Shown: positions 1-13,559 of the stretch, piece after piece
Numbering within the stretch: position 1 is the first letter of the stretch
Layout of the letters: the number at the start of each line of letters is the position of its first letter
Assembly (NCBI RefSeq): GCF_037042905.1
Contig: NC_087251.1
Location: forward strand, 19,158,001 to 19,222,000
Source of the DNA: Lytechinus pictus
Lineage: Eukaryota
DNA: 64,000 nucleotides
Direction of reading: 5' to 3'
The notes under the pieces: generated by a model
What the model saw: the letters and a program-made list of their open reading frames with translations, nothing else
What the model was told of the DNA's origin: nothing
The model's database searches: none
Program-made: the position numbers and the translations under genes

Positions 1-1416
1 CCCGCTCTTGTTTTTCTTCCACTCTCTCTTTCTCCTGCCTGTCACATTCTTCCTGTCACTGTATAGAGCTTCCTTTTTCAATGGTTTCAAACACTGTTTA
101 TTGGAAATGATCTATTAACTCTCTGGATTGACGGAAAGGGATGATCCTATCATTATGATTTCCATGTAATAGGCTCCTGCATCCGTGGGGATAACAGGAA
201 GATGTTTCTAAATTCTTAATGTGATAATTCCCCTCAGACAATATGTTTTGTAGTGAAATGAATTGCTTCCGACCCCCTGTACATGTATGTCTAGTGACTG
301 GTAGGGCTTTAGAAAAGGGGTTTTATGTTTCCATGGATGCTCATATTTAAAGGGATGTATTCCTTCAAAACTCAAAATGATCAAATACCCAAATTGAAGT
401 TCATTGCAATTATGGTTGCTTCATACATGTACTTGTTGTCCAAAATTTCCATTCATATTTTATTTTCCTTTTCAGAGAAGATGCTGGTCGGCTAGACCAG
501 ATGTTTAGTGTTGACTTGTGATTACTTTTCTAATATTTTGAAAATTGATACAGGCAGAGTCCTACAGCATACAGCGTTCTATTTATCTAGTTTCCTATTT
601 GAAGGCGCACTATACAGTACATTACCCGGGCTTAAGCTCCAGCTGTTGTTTTCAGTTCTTGATGCATTCAAATAATTAATCCAGCTTGACAGAAACACTT
701 TGTGTCTAAAATTGTATATTTCACTGTTATCCATGGAGAAATAATTTAAACTCTGATGTCAAATTAGAGAGACTTTGTTTATTCAAGGAGTTTGTATCTC
801 CTTGCCGTTTACATGTATGTATACGGATGTGCATATGCAATACAGTGTTGACACAAACGTATGCCAAGTTTATGTATTTCAAGCTCTTGAAATTTCAAAG
901 CCAGAAATATGTAATTTTATGGATTTATATTCAGGAAGGTCATGGCTGCAATCCCTAGTTGATAAACCTCGCCTCCTTTCAAATCTATGATTCAGTAAGA
1001 AAAGACCCTGTATTGATACAGATTCTGATCTTTATCGGAGCATGCTTGTGTTAACTCTGCATGTGATTCCTCCTGTTGCCATGGTGATTCAAGATTGGAT
1101 TAGGATTATGAGAAAAATATCTGCAGGGGGGAATTTCCTTTGACATACACATGTGTTTTTCGGAATAGGGATTGCTTACACTATCTACATGTATGTTGTA
1201 GTATCGAATGAATGGCATGAAAACAACAGTCAATTGCCCATCTGTAGATCTTTAAGACTACGGTACATACAGTATAGGGCCTCCAGTATGTATTAAATAA
1301 GTTCTATTAAATGAAAATGATATTAGAATGCATTGTAACTTTTCATTTACTTTAAACAGGATAAAAAATTATTTTTATTTTTCAGGGACTATCTTTTTTT
1401 CACATTTGGGCAATTG

Positions 1417-2012
1417 CCCCGGGGGGGGGGGGGGGGGGGGAGGAGGCACTTCCATTGACGAGTGGATACCATGCGTGACCATGTGATTTCAAAAAGCACC
1501 CTAAAAAGTATTTTACATATTCTGAAAATGCACCCATTAACAAGTATTGGCGTGTGAAACCCTACCCTTATCAAATATTGGAAACAAAACGGTACCCTTG
1601 ACAGTATACTCCCTGAATTGACCCCCTAAACAAGTAGGTCTACAACGATATCTCAATTGTTACGTCACAGACATTGGCTTTACCTTTACTTTCATTGGGC
1701 TTGGCACCCCACACACCTCGCTCAAATCGGACCCTACATGTAAACACGTAGTGTTGGGGCAAAAAGTACATGTACATCCTTTATGAAGCATTTTAGTCTT
1801 TTTATACCCTCGCAAATTGGACTAAAAACATGAAGTTTTCCTAGCGAAATATATAGCCCTACCCTTTTTTCATTATTATAGTGTTTTTGACACCCTTATT
1901 ACGTTACGTACGTCACATACGTAATGTGCACTATCTTGAAAAATAGATCCTTTTTATGTGTTTTTTGGTCACGCATGGTGTCCACTCGTCAATGAAAGTG
2001 GCCCCCTCGGGG
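1417..2012. mobile_element. Non-autonomous DNA transposon (MITE) with CCCCGGG/poly-G termini
   Basis: Inverted ends GCACTTCCATTGACGAGTGGATACCATGCGTGACCA / TGGTCACGCATGGTGTCCACTCGTCAATGAAAGTGG; AATTG(C) repeated on both flanks; no ORF. Confidence 0.8.
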
Positions 2013-2694
2013 AATTGCAGAATTGTGGAGGCTATTTCTATCATTTGTACTTTTTGTAGGGCTATTTATGGGGAGGCAACAAGCAATCATACAGTAAATG
2101 CAAATACATACATCATTATTCTGCCATAGTTAGAAAATTGATTTTCTTAGCAATCTTGAATATTGTCTGTGGCAGATCTTGGGGTGACTCTAGAAAGAAT
2201 GGTCGCCCCAAAGCATGTATTTTGGTGGAATTTTAGGGGTGATTTTGTCGCCCTCATGTATTTCCTACGCTTCGTTTGAAACATTTTTTTTAATTACCTG
2301 CTGTAATAAAACTTTTAATTTGAATTTATGAATTGCTTGAAAAATAACTTCATTTGGCAGGGATATAGAGTGATATATTTTTTACTAATATTAAAATGCT
2401 ATGCATACTATTTAAAGAACAGCTGTTCTTAACAATCTGATACTTTGCCAAAAGATAACCAAACATACATTGTAGTGCACAAGCAAAGTACAGTATACAG
2501 AGTACACACTGGACACTGAACAGGTATTGTGCTTTGTATGAAAGAATTCTCTATTTTGTATTATGTTCAAATTCATAAACAGGCCTATTGCTGTTTATTA
2601 TTTTCATCTGATATTCTAGGTGTCCCCCCCAAAAAAAATCCACAAAACTGTTCATTTTAGAAATATGTAACTTTTTTCCTCTCTTTCTCATCAG

Positions 2695-5600
2695 GTGGAG
2701 ATTGGAATATAATTGGAATTTCGGTAAGTGCGTTGCAGATTTTTATTATGAACTTTGTATTTGTACAATAATAATAATAATGATGATGATAATATAAATA
2801 ATAATAATAAATGATAATAAAGTTAATGATGATGATGATGATAATAATGATAATAATAATAATATTTATTGTTACTATTATGGTTATTATTATCATTATT
2901 ATTATCATCATTATTATTTTCATTCATGTGATTGGCTCATGAATATATTTGCTATTGTTTCCTCCAGAACAATATAGCCATTGTCGTCATACTATGTATG
3001 CCTGTATGTATGCACTCAGTAGTCATAGACATCCAATTTCATTGAAACTGTGAGGAAATACACCAAAAGAAATGAGTCATCCCCCATCTCATGTTTCTTT
3101 GATATACCCATATTTTATCAGCAGCCGGCTGCTGTATTATCTCAATAACCTTGGATATGGTCTCTCTTTGTCACTCACCATCTGTGTAGTCCCACACATT
3201 GATTTTACGTTGATTATCCCTGATTGAACAAGTGCATCGAGCCTAGCCATGCCCAGCCCGAGATGAGATTTTATCTTTTCTTTGCTTTTGTATCTGTGTA
3301 TGTAAGCTACATATCGTAACATTTCTGCCTTGTAATTGAATATGTTGTTCGTATAAAGTGAACTGAGAGTGTACTATGACTATATTAAACGCATAACCAT
3401 AAGTATATATAGATCAAGCCTTTTCCCAATAATATGGTCATATCACCCTTCTTAAAGTTCTTATGCTATTAAATAAACATGCATTATTTGCTTCACATTA
3501 AGATGAGTATTTTTTTTAATTATGTGGACAAACTCATGACCTCATAATAACATGAAAGTATGTTCCCCCTACTAAGTAAAAATAGCGTAACCTTTTTAAC
3601 AAAAAATAAAGTTCGACACATATTCACATAAACTTGTGTGTATGAATGGAATTTATATGTTTGGGTTAAATGCATTCTGAGTGAGTTAGTATATAAAAAG
3701 GCAAAATGTTCATTTTTCAAATGTCAGAAGTCAATTTCAAAGTGTATTTCATCAAACCATTTTTCTGGTGAATGCGCAAGTGCTGTTTTATGACTAAATA
3801 CTCAGTAGAAATACTCAAATATCATCTGTTTTTAATTTCTGTGCTCAATTGCATATAAGTCATGACCTGATGAATTAAATTCATTGTGTTTTTCTATCAA
3901 GTTATTTACTTAGCCTAAATGTAGCTTTCTTTAAAAAACACAATTGATTTTGATTTACCCTTTGTTTGTAATATTTTTTTAAATATATTTTTTACCATGG
4001 ACCTAGCTTTCAGGTTAAAGGTTAAAATTTTACCGATAACAGCTTAATTTTTTATGGACCTCTGTCACCTTTATCTTTTAACATAAGAAGTAAGTTTGTT
4101 TATAGCCCACTTCTAATGATAGATATGTATATCACAAATGATATGAAATATTAATTAGAAAAAGCAAGTCTCTTTGCCAAGTTCAAAGGCAAGCTCAGTG
4201 AACTAAGGAATATCATTAATTGATTTTTTTCTTTCTTTTTGGCAAATTATTATATGTAGGCCTACATGTAGTTCTTTTCAAATTCAATATAGCTGAAATG
4301 CGTAATGCAGATGGGACTGCCAAATGCACTCCACTGTTGACAACAAGGAGGATTAGTGGGGGGGGGGGGGGGAGATAACATGATTTTTTTTCACCATTGA
4401 ATAATAGGTATTTTGGTTAGATAATGGACATAGGCCTAATCTAGACCTCTCTATCTGGTACCCTCCTTCATCTTTCTTTTTCCTTTTTTAAGGGGTACTC
4501 CAGGCTGAAAATATTTATATCTAGATAAATAGAGTAAAGTTCACAGAGCGATTGGCTGAAAATTTCATCAAAATCTGATAACAATTAACAAAGTTTATTG
4601 AATTTTAAAGTTGCATCAACGAATAATGCACTAAATCAGTTGTTAATCCTTTTTTTTTAATTCTTGGAGGAAAAAAAATTAATACACCTAATTTCATATA
4701 AGAAAATACAAAAGAACAAGTGGGGATATGACGTGATCGGTTTGCTCATTGAATATTCATGAATACATGCCTAGAACTGTTTCACCTAAATAATGCAACA
4801 CTTTAAAATGTCATAATTTTGTTATTCCTTTACCGATTTTGATCAAATTTTCATTGTTTTGTTTGTCTGATTTGTCTTTGTCTGTTCAAATCGTATTATC
4901 TTCAGCCTGGAGCATCCCTCTAAAATCTCTTTCCCCCCTTTCTGTCATGAATTGAAGAATCATAGTAGGGGAGAGGGTAGTCACCCTGCAGCCCCTTTAG
5001 CATAGCCCCATTGACTGTGAAACACATTTCCCCATGAACCATAGCATGTTCAAGTTATCTTGGGCATGAGGCCCAATGGAATAATGGCCAATCTATATAT
5101 TACTTTGCCAAACAACTTTTCCTGACCTAGCAACAGCCATTAGCAATGCATTCTTCTTCCTCTGAAAGGTATGCATGATACGGTATGTGAAATTAGCTAA
5201 CAGGTCAGTATCTGACCTAGCAATAATCATGAATCATGCATTCATTAAGGTTTAATGAAGCTTGCTTTGATACATTTCAGCCTTTGCAGTCTTAAAATTT
5301 CAATACCTAAACTCAACTGGTCATTGTGATTTCAAGTCTCCTTATGTAATGAATTCCTAATTTGTATTCATGAATGCATAATAAAAGGATTCTCTTATTC
5401 TCACCTCCTCTGCCCATTGGATGATAGAACTCAATCTATTGTCAAACATCATGTTTAAGCATGAGATTTAGGAAGTAATAATAATAATAATAGGCATTTA
5501 CAATGTATATAGCGCCATCTATCTAGAAATATTCTATTCCGAGGCGCACAAGAAAAGAAAGAATAAGAAAGTTTGGATGAGTGTCAAAGTGCCAATAGCT

Positions 5601-8600
5601 AATACTGTTAAAAAAGATAAGACTTCAGTTTAGATTTGAAGGTCTCTAGTGATGGTATAATTCTTAAATTTAATGGCAAATTATTCCAGAGAGAAGGTGC
5701 TGAGGCAGAGAAAGCTCGCGCACCATATGCTACACGTGTCTTGGGAGTCTTAAGAAGTTGCTGGTGTGATGATCTCAGGCTACGAGCTGGTGTATATGGC
5801 ATGACAAGGTCTTGTAGATATTTTGGTGCCAAACCATTTAACACTTTCCAAGTGAGAAGAAGTATTTTAAATTCTATACGCTTCCGGATTGGCAACCATG
5901 AGGTGGTTTCAAACCGCCTCGATCACAAGAATCCCCGTTAAATTACGAGAACTTTTTTAGGCTGAAAAATACCCATTAATTATTCCTGCATTCACACCGC
6001 CCTGAAACATACCCTTCAGGATAAGTTCCTGAAGTTACGAGCATGCGCAGTATGGTCTGATAAGCAGCAAGGCGCGAAATTCAAAATCACTAGCCCAGCA
6101 GCAACCCATGCACGGCGCCGCACCCAACGACACGCTGGGCTAAAAGTTCCCGTAATTTGCTTTCAGACCGCCAAAATACCCACAAAAATCCCCGCGAAAG
6201 TTCTCGTAATTTCGCCAAGTACCTACTATTTATCGGGTATTTTCTTTCGGGGATATTACGCGTAGTTTGCTTTCACACCGCCAAAATACCTGGTATTTTC
6301 TGATCGGGGTAAATTTCCCGATCAGAGAATACCTGGAACTGGCGAACTTCGAGGCGGCCTGAAACCACCTAATGTAACTTTTGGAGAATTGGTGAGATGT
6401 GTTGATATTTTGACGTACCAGTTAAAACCCTGGCAGCTGTATTCTGAGCATACTGAAGTTTATTGACATTGCGTGAGGTTATATTAAAAAGAAGAGCATT
6501 TCCAACATCTAATCGAGATGAGCTACAAATGAGTGTATAAGCATAGCAGCAGACTTATGGTCAAGGACTTTCCTAATGCTGTTAACATTATGAATATCAT
6601 AGTATACTGATTGACATATTTTCTTTACATGTGCATCCATGGACATATTTTCATCAAATACGACACCAAGATTTCGAACTGATGACAAGACTTGGAGGAA
6701 AAAAAAACATGACTTGGTGGTTTCTTTATCAACTGTCAAAAAGTTTGCTTAAATCATTTTGCTGGAGTAAGAAATGCATTGCTTGCTCATAGGCTGGAGG
6801 CAGTGAGCAAGCAAGGCCAGTGTACAATAACACACATAACAGAACATGTGACTAGTCATGTGATGATGATGTCATTACATATCAACATAATAAACAAGTA
6901 CAACGCAAGACTACAACATACCATAACCCCCTGCTAATCGTTATACTGTATGCTGGTCTTGTTTATTATCTATTTATGTCAGCCTTTTTTCGGCTGGCAT
7001 GAATAGGTGATGCTAGTGGGCTGCGTTTTCTACTCAAAAGAAATTTATGTTAATTACGTTTTAATCAAAGACCATAGTGTGAGATACATGTAGGTATGTA
7101 GGCTATTTTATATTTCTATTTCTTGAATCTGGGACATGAGGTTAATCTGTAGGGAGCAGGAACATATCTCTTTGCACAATGGAAATTACGAATGTTTTTT
7201 CTGTTTACATTTTAAATAAGTTTTAAACAGAATTTAAAAAAAGACTTTTTCAAAGTCATTGTCGCTACTCGCTAGACTCTCTTGCCTTCTTGCAAGGTCA
7301 CATGGACAAGGTCAACGACCATTTGACTATGTTACGTTACCAGTATCAATAGGTTAAGGTTAAGAATTAAATTATGAAATATGTGACTTTAACAAACCTG
7401 GAATATTGGAATGTGTTTTATGCTCGAAAAATTATTCATCTTACATGTAGTCAGTTGTTTTCAAGCGAATTGCAGTGAAGCTGGCAGAGGCATTTCACTT
7501 ATTTTTCCTACTGTATGTTTTTGTCTGGAACTCCTGTGTATTTGGGTGTGAAACAGGAAACATTCAAGGAAATACAGTAAATCAAATTTATAAAACACTT
7601 GATGAAATAAAACCATGGAATCATGCCAAATATGGCAAGGCCTTTATGTTACATTTAGGCTACTTACATGTACATGTATATATACCTTTGTGTAGAGAGA
7701 GCTAGCATTTATTAATGCATTTTTACAACTTTGTTTATTTGTACTGTACATGTAATTTATTATTATTAGTTCCGTTGATCAGGTGTATTTGTTGAATCAA
7801 ATGGATGTTAACTCTAATATGCAGTGTAACAGAGACCCTACATAATATGATCAAATAGAAAATTGGGCTTGGGATAATTTCAGGTCTTCCAAATGCAAGC
7901 TCTCACACATACATGTACAATGTACATGTACACCTTTTGGTCATTTTCACACAATTATTTCACTTTTAAGAGTTCCAGTTTCTCATGTCGACCCAACAGT
8001 TATTCATTGACTAATGGGAATCACATACAAATTGAGTCACCAATACCCTCCAAATCAATAGAGAGTATCAAAAACTAAACTTTAATATTAAAACTATTAA
8101 TATCCAGTATCCATGCACCCTGTTCGAGAAATTGAAAGATTTTATTTTCATGGCTTGAATGCTAATTAGTAATTGGCTATTTACATTGTGTTGTAGAGTG
8201 CATATAGACAAAAATGTATGTACACAGGCAAACTGCCATCTGGCACAATCAGTAGGAAGGTTTTATATGGAACTAAGGTATAGGGGGTGTTGGTTGTAGT
8301 ATAACCATTTGCTTATTGAAAATGACTAAACCTGGTAGTCTATTGGCTGAAAAATCATTTTACAAGTTAAAAATAGAAGTGTATACACATTACATGTATC
8401 AGATAAGTATTCTTCTGTCATTATTTGCGTCCTCTATGGATTATAAGGTTTCAACAACAAAAAATGAATTTTTGTTCTCAATCCTTAGGTTACAGAGATA
8501 GAGATAGGATATATGGCTATATTCTTAGATGGGAGTCATTTGCCACTAGATGCTCTTAGATCTCAAAGAAAGGAATTCACATAGGTGGTTTTAATATGTG

Positions 8601-10597
8601 GTTTCAAACCATGGTTTAAGCTGATTTCATCCTCAAGTAATTAATTCAGCACATATATTGAGAAGAGTCCAATGATAAATGCACACTTTTACCACATGGG
8701 GTGCTATGAATAATTCCACTTCTAGGTACATCAAAACAAAGAATGGATTCATGTATTCAGATCAGTGGACTCAGAGTTGACTCATTAATGATAACCTTAG
8801 CAACAAGCTTCAATTTTGATAGGGCATTGTGATATAAACAAACATTTATTACTGGATATGCTTTCTTGATATACAAGCTGAATTAAGCATAATCAATACA
8901 AAAACGAAACCATCGATTTAAAACCACATTTGTGAATTTGGGCCAAATTCTTCAGAGCGAATATGGTCCCATCTGTTTCTTTCATGGAGATACATGTAAT
9001 TTAGATGTAATTTTGTCTCTGTGCTCAGAACATTTACCTTATGCCTAAATCTGATTTTTTTTTTTTAGTACAAGGCTTTTTTAACCAAATAATTATAAAA
9101 TTTGTATCATTTTTCTATCTTCAAACAGGGTAACAGTTTTACAGGTAAAATCCTGCTTCCTATAGCGGTGGGTACTGCATTTTCTGTGATTATCATAGCT
9201 GTTGCTTATTGCTATTGCTCAAGGAGAGGATCAAATAGAGCAGCCAAGTCAAGTAGAAATGGGGTGAGATATTGCATGGATTTTCATATTGACGTGTTGG
9301 TACTTTATAATTATTGCATCAATAATATATTCAGTTACTTATGAATTATATTTCTGTATTTTAATATAAGAAATGCCACCTGTTGCTTTTCCTACAATAT
9401 GTTACTGCAAGTTTATGAAAAATTTCCCTTTTTTCTAAAAATGTGTTATACATGTGTACATATCTGTTTCTCCACCTGAAATGTATTAATTCATCCCTCA
9501 AATCCCTACTTTTTGTGGGTTTGCATCTGTGGTGAATATCTTGCATATAAATTTCATGTCAAACCTAATTCTTCCAAACATGATTGGATAAATGTGCATG
9601 GTATTAGATACATGTAATTGCCTTTTCCTTCTGAAAATGTATCTTTGTCAATAAACATTTAGGGGCTGTTTCTAGTTTCATGGATTTGCAATTAAAAACA
9701 AAATGTTTGTTGGTATGCTGACTACAGGTCAACTTGTATTTTATAAGTCTACATTCCAAGTCAAATAATTTTTCTAAGTGGAACCATTTTTTTAAACCAG
9801 GGGATTGTTGCATGAAAGAAAGTCTGGCAATGTTTTTGCCATAGTTTTATGCCCACGCAGACGAAGTCTGGAGGAGTCATTAAGCGTTGTCCCTGTCCGT
9901 CCGTTCTTCCGTCCCCCCACTTGGTTTCTGCGCGATAACTCAAAAAATATTCAATGGATTTTAAAAAATTTTGGTGTGTAGGTAGATGACACCAAAATAC
10001 AGGCTAAGTTCGAAATTGGAGTCCAAAGGTCAAAGCTCATTAAATATGCAAGTTGGTTTCCGCGCAATAACTCAACAAATATGAAATGGATTTAAATTTT
10101 TTTTGGTGTGTAGGTAGATGACACCAAAATACAGGCTAAGTTCGAATTTGGAGTCCGCAGGTCAAAGGTCACAGCTCATTATGTATGCCAGTTGGGTCAA
10201 AGTTCTAAATTTGTTCATTATATATATCCATATTGGTTTCTGCACGATATTAAAATTTCTAGTTTAATGTGTTGTCACAATTGTTTGCCAGTTTTTTTAT
10301 GGCAAATGTTTTATGCAACTGGCTGCCCCACATTATGCAACATATATTCTAAGACAAATTTCTCCTCCATGTCTAGCAGATGCCTGTGGTCTCAATAGAT
10401 TCAATTTATTTGATGTCGATAAAGCTATTTTGGAAAGATGTTGCTTTTTACTCCAAGAATGAAAAATATTAAATCAATTTCTATGATCTAAACTAATAGC
10501 CCTCTTCACTTTTTTTTTTATTTCTGCCCAGGTTCATAGAATGACAAGCAATGACAGGGTAATGCTACTAGCCGACAGCTCAGAGGATGAGTTCTAG
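2695..10597 (+). CDS. 3' part of an unidentified single-pass type I membrane protein (5' exons upstream or unrecognised)
   Basis: Phase-compatible AG/GT exons: 2695-2723 (29-nt microexon, GGDWNIIGIS), 9129-9263 (GNSFTGKILLPIAVGTAFSVIIIAVAYCYCSRRGSNRAAKSSRNG: TM helix, juxtamembrane Cys, basic stop-transfer) and 10532-10597 (VHRMTSNDRVMLLADSSEDEF*). The microexon is the least certain. Confidence 0.72.
2762..2925. repeat. (AAT/GAT)n then (ATT/ATC)n microsatellite, self-complementary arrangement
   Basis: Directly visible; gives the spurious poly-Ile ORF 2657-2923. Confidence 0.9.
4488..4923. mobile_element. TTAA-flanked MITE (Kolobok/T2-like)
   Basis: TTAA-GGGGTACTCCAGGCTGAAA ... TTCAGCCTGGAGCATCCCTC-TAA; internal sequence related to the copies at 39621 and 40572. 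Confidence 0.75.
5476..6692 (-). mobile_element. 5'-truncated, decayed L2/CR1-group LINE (RT C-terminal part), split by a MITE
   Basis: VRNLGVVFDENMSMDAHVKKIC (6509-6690) and (LHW)LPIRKRIEFKILLLTWK...RSLRS...ARAFSASAPSLWNNLP...FKSKLKSYLF (5608-5895); (TAT)n tail near 5476-5491. Confidence 0.88.
5901..6370. mobile_element. MITE (PIF/Harbinger-like) inserted into the LINE
   Basis: TIRs AGGTGGTTTCAAACCGCCTCGA / TCGAGGCGGCCTGAAACCACCT; internal repeats of TTGCTTTCACACCGCCAAAATACC; interrupts the LHWLP codons. Confidence 0.85.
8570..8945. mobile_element. Decayed copy of the palindromic MITE family at 11168-11581
   Basis: GAATTCACATAGGTGGTTTT ... AAAACCACATTTGTGAATTTGGGCC. Confidence 0.65.
9845..10250 (+). 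mobile_element. Helentron-associated/DINE-1-like non-autonomous element fragment
   Basis: TTTTATGCCCACGCAGACGAAGTCTGGAGG head, (GTCC)n microsatellite, ~125-130-bp internal tandem duplication (TTGGTTTC..CGC..ATAACTCAA...GATGACACCAAAATACAGGCTAAGTTCGAA x2); 3' boundary approximate. Confidence 0.6.
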
Positions 10598-11167
10598 GGT
10601 TGCTGGGTCACAATGAACTGAACAATCAGTGAATATGGTTGGGAAGTGGATGCAACAATGGGACAAGTACATGAAGGACATCAACAACCTTGAAGGCCTG
10701 TCAACCTGACCTATATCTATCTTGCCTGTACTCTTCAGATCTCTTACTACCAGTTCCTCCAGATGCTTCAATTGGACAGGTACATCAAGGACATCAACAG
10801 CTTCAGAAGCCTGTCAACCCGAACTGCATTCTTGTACTCTTCTAGTTTGGGAAATGGATCATAATTTAGGAACAAAGGTTGACTGAATTCACCGTTTTAG
10901 CTACAAGATGGCTAGCATAGATTTGATTGTTTCCAGAATAGGACATACATGTGAGATATTGGGACAGGAGCAAATGTTGTAGGAGCATGTGGTGTCACCC
11001 TGTTGAAGCAGAGTTCCTGATCAAAATGTGGCACAGGCTTATCTTTTCCCTCATTTATTGCAGCAATTCATTTTGGTTTTAATGAATAAAGCTGAAGTAA
11101 AAATGATATTGAAGTGGTTCACATAATTTGCATAGTTGAGGTTTTACACCCCAAATTGAGACTTTAT

Positions 11168-11581
11168 GGCCTGAATTCACAAAGGTGGTTTTTGAAACCA
11201 TCGGTCGAACCCATGGTTTATGCAGATTTCCTGTATAAATTACGCTTTTTTACTGTGTATATTAAAAAATATCCAATGCTGATGTGCGCTTTTGTCACAG
11301 TGCACCAAATTGACGCCTATTGCCGTGGTTATCCATGCTATTTTATGCACGAGTCCACCGTTTTGAATTAATGAATCTACTCTTAAAAAGGTGGACTCAT
11401 GAATAAAATAGCGTACTTAACCATGGCAACAGGTGTCAATTTGGCGCACTGTGACAAAAGCGCACATCAGCATTGGACATATTTTAATATACGCGGTAAA
11501 TAAACATAATTTATACAGGATATCTGCATAAACTATGAGTTCAACCAATGTTTTTAAAAACCACCTTTGTGAAATCGGGCC
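11168..11581. mobile_element. Near-fully palindromic MITE (PIF/Harbinger-like)
   Basis: GGCCTGAATTCACAAAGGTGGTTTT ... AAAACCACCTTTGTGAAATCGGGCC; ~190-bp arms complementary throughout. Confidence 0.85.
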
Positions 11582-13559
11582 TATTAGTTTGTTGCATTGA
11601 TGTTCTGCTGGCTACTAACATTTGTTTTTATTTCTTTGGTGTACACTGTTAGGAGAAGTGCACAAATTTGTTGTGTAATGAAAATGTAGGAGGTTGGGTT
11701 TCATACAGCTCTGTTAAAGTTACACAGAATTTTTCAAATGACTTGTGTGCTAAATCAAATTTCGATCATTTTGATTGAATTAATCATTAAGAGATGAAAT
11801 CAAATTTTTGTTATCTGTCATCATTTGATTAGGGATACACTTTCACTATGTAATAATAGGATAGACCAGTTCATGTTGAACAAGAACAGAGGGTCAGCTA
11901 CTTTACAGGGTCATTCTTGGTCATGTGTGTGACTGAAAGTATGACAAATCTAAAAATTTAGTCATTCAAAGGTTATGTAACATTAAGTTATTTTTTGCTG
12001 TCTCCAATATGCAGGTTCAAGGTCAGAGGTATAAATGTGGGTCACGTGTGTGAATTCACACAGCATCATGAATATGAAAGTTCAATTTCAAAATGAAATT
12101 AAACTTTCAAAATTATCATAATTATTTATAAATGTCTAAGATTTTAGATTTACTAATAAAAGTCACGATTCGTTGTAATTTCTGTCACACACATGATCAA
12201 GAATGGCCCCACACATGACTTGTGACACTTTCTTGTGCAATGCGAGATACCCCAATCTTTTTTCTGTTTTTACATATTATTGGAGTGCATTCTGATCATC
12301 CTAATTAAATTAATTGATGTTTCCATTCAGATTGATTAGAATTTTAATCAATAGAGATTGGATTTGAACTCGACCTGATGCAGATGGTAAATAACATGAG
12401 AATCTGATTCAACACACAAGAAATGTTCAGTAACACCATCTTGAACAGTCTGCCAGACCTTACATGTATGAGAGATATGGTCTGTGAGTTACTTACTCAT
12501 TGATTTGCTACATGAATTCCAAGTCGAAAATGTACTTACATGTACATAACATAGTAAAAAAATTCCACTTCAAGCATGAAATTTCATATTCATGATACTA
12601 TGTCAGGCGAACCATGTACCAAAGGCTCCAGTTGATATTAGTTTTATCACTACGTGATACCTGGTTCTAATTGGCTTATCAAGATTTTAATCAGTGGGAT
12701 GGCTAATATCTGCCTGCGAGACCTGTTCCTCTTGTTTATTCTGAAAATGTTTTTGGAATGATGTGATGTGTTGGGAGTGAATCTTAATACAGGTATTTAA
12801 ATCATGATTTTGTAGTTTCCTTACAGAATTCAACTTTAAAATGTTCCATTCATGTGGGTATTGAATAGCACCTTAAATTGCATGCTCTATGTAGCTAATA
12901 GATATTGTATTTATAGGTTTAGATAGATGATTTAGCAACTGCTTGCCAGAGCAATAGATATTACAATATTTATTTTATATATAATTTTTTTTTTGGAGCA
13001 GTTAGAAAATTGGGAGATTGTAGGGTAAATTTACCAATTGCTCAGTGTGTTACAGGCAATATTTTAGTACCATATCTGTTCACTATTCAACTGAAGATGC
13101 ATTTTAACATCCGACTGAGGATGTGTTTTAACATCTGATTTCAATTGTGGGTTGGTATGTTAACATGCAATCCTATTTTAACCCAGTGTATCATTGTCTA
13201 TGTGTGTCTTGTTGTGTTTGTATTGAATCCATGGTATGGATCTTATTGTCTGCTTATGCATGTACATGTAAGTTTAATGTTTATCAATAAGTATTAAATC
13301 CTCTGTCTTCCATTCCTAGATTACAGAAATTCTCTATTTTTAAAACAAGCATGTATTTGCATCTGTCCTTGTAAAAATATATATTTTCAGATAAAATTGC
13401 TACTGTCAATTTCTGTACACTTAGAAAAGTTGTTGCAGGATGTCACTTTTTAATATTGTTACGATTTTGCTCGCAGAGCTGATAGTTGGCTTGAACCCGG
13501 CAAGAAGTGTGTCATTGTACAAAATAGAAGCGTACTAATCTGATTTTACTTCTAAGGAA

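Noticed and set aside
476-502. Possible additional microexon after a strong acceptor (TTTTCAG)
   Set aside because: No convincing donor; phase cannot be fixed.
2657-2923. Poly-Ile ORF
   Set aside because: Translation of a trinucleotide microsatellite.
6680-6918. Possible solo LTR (TG...CA ends)
   Set aside because: No matching TSD, and one end overlaps plausible LINE codons.
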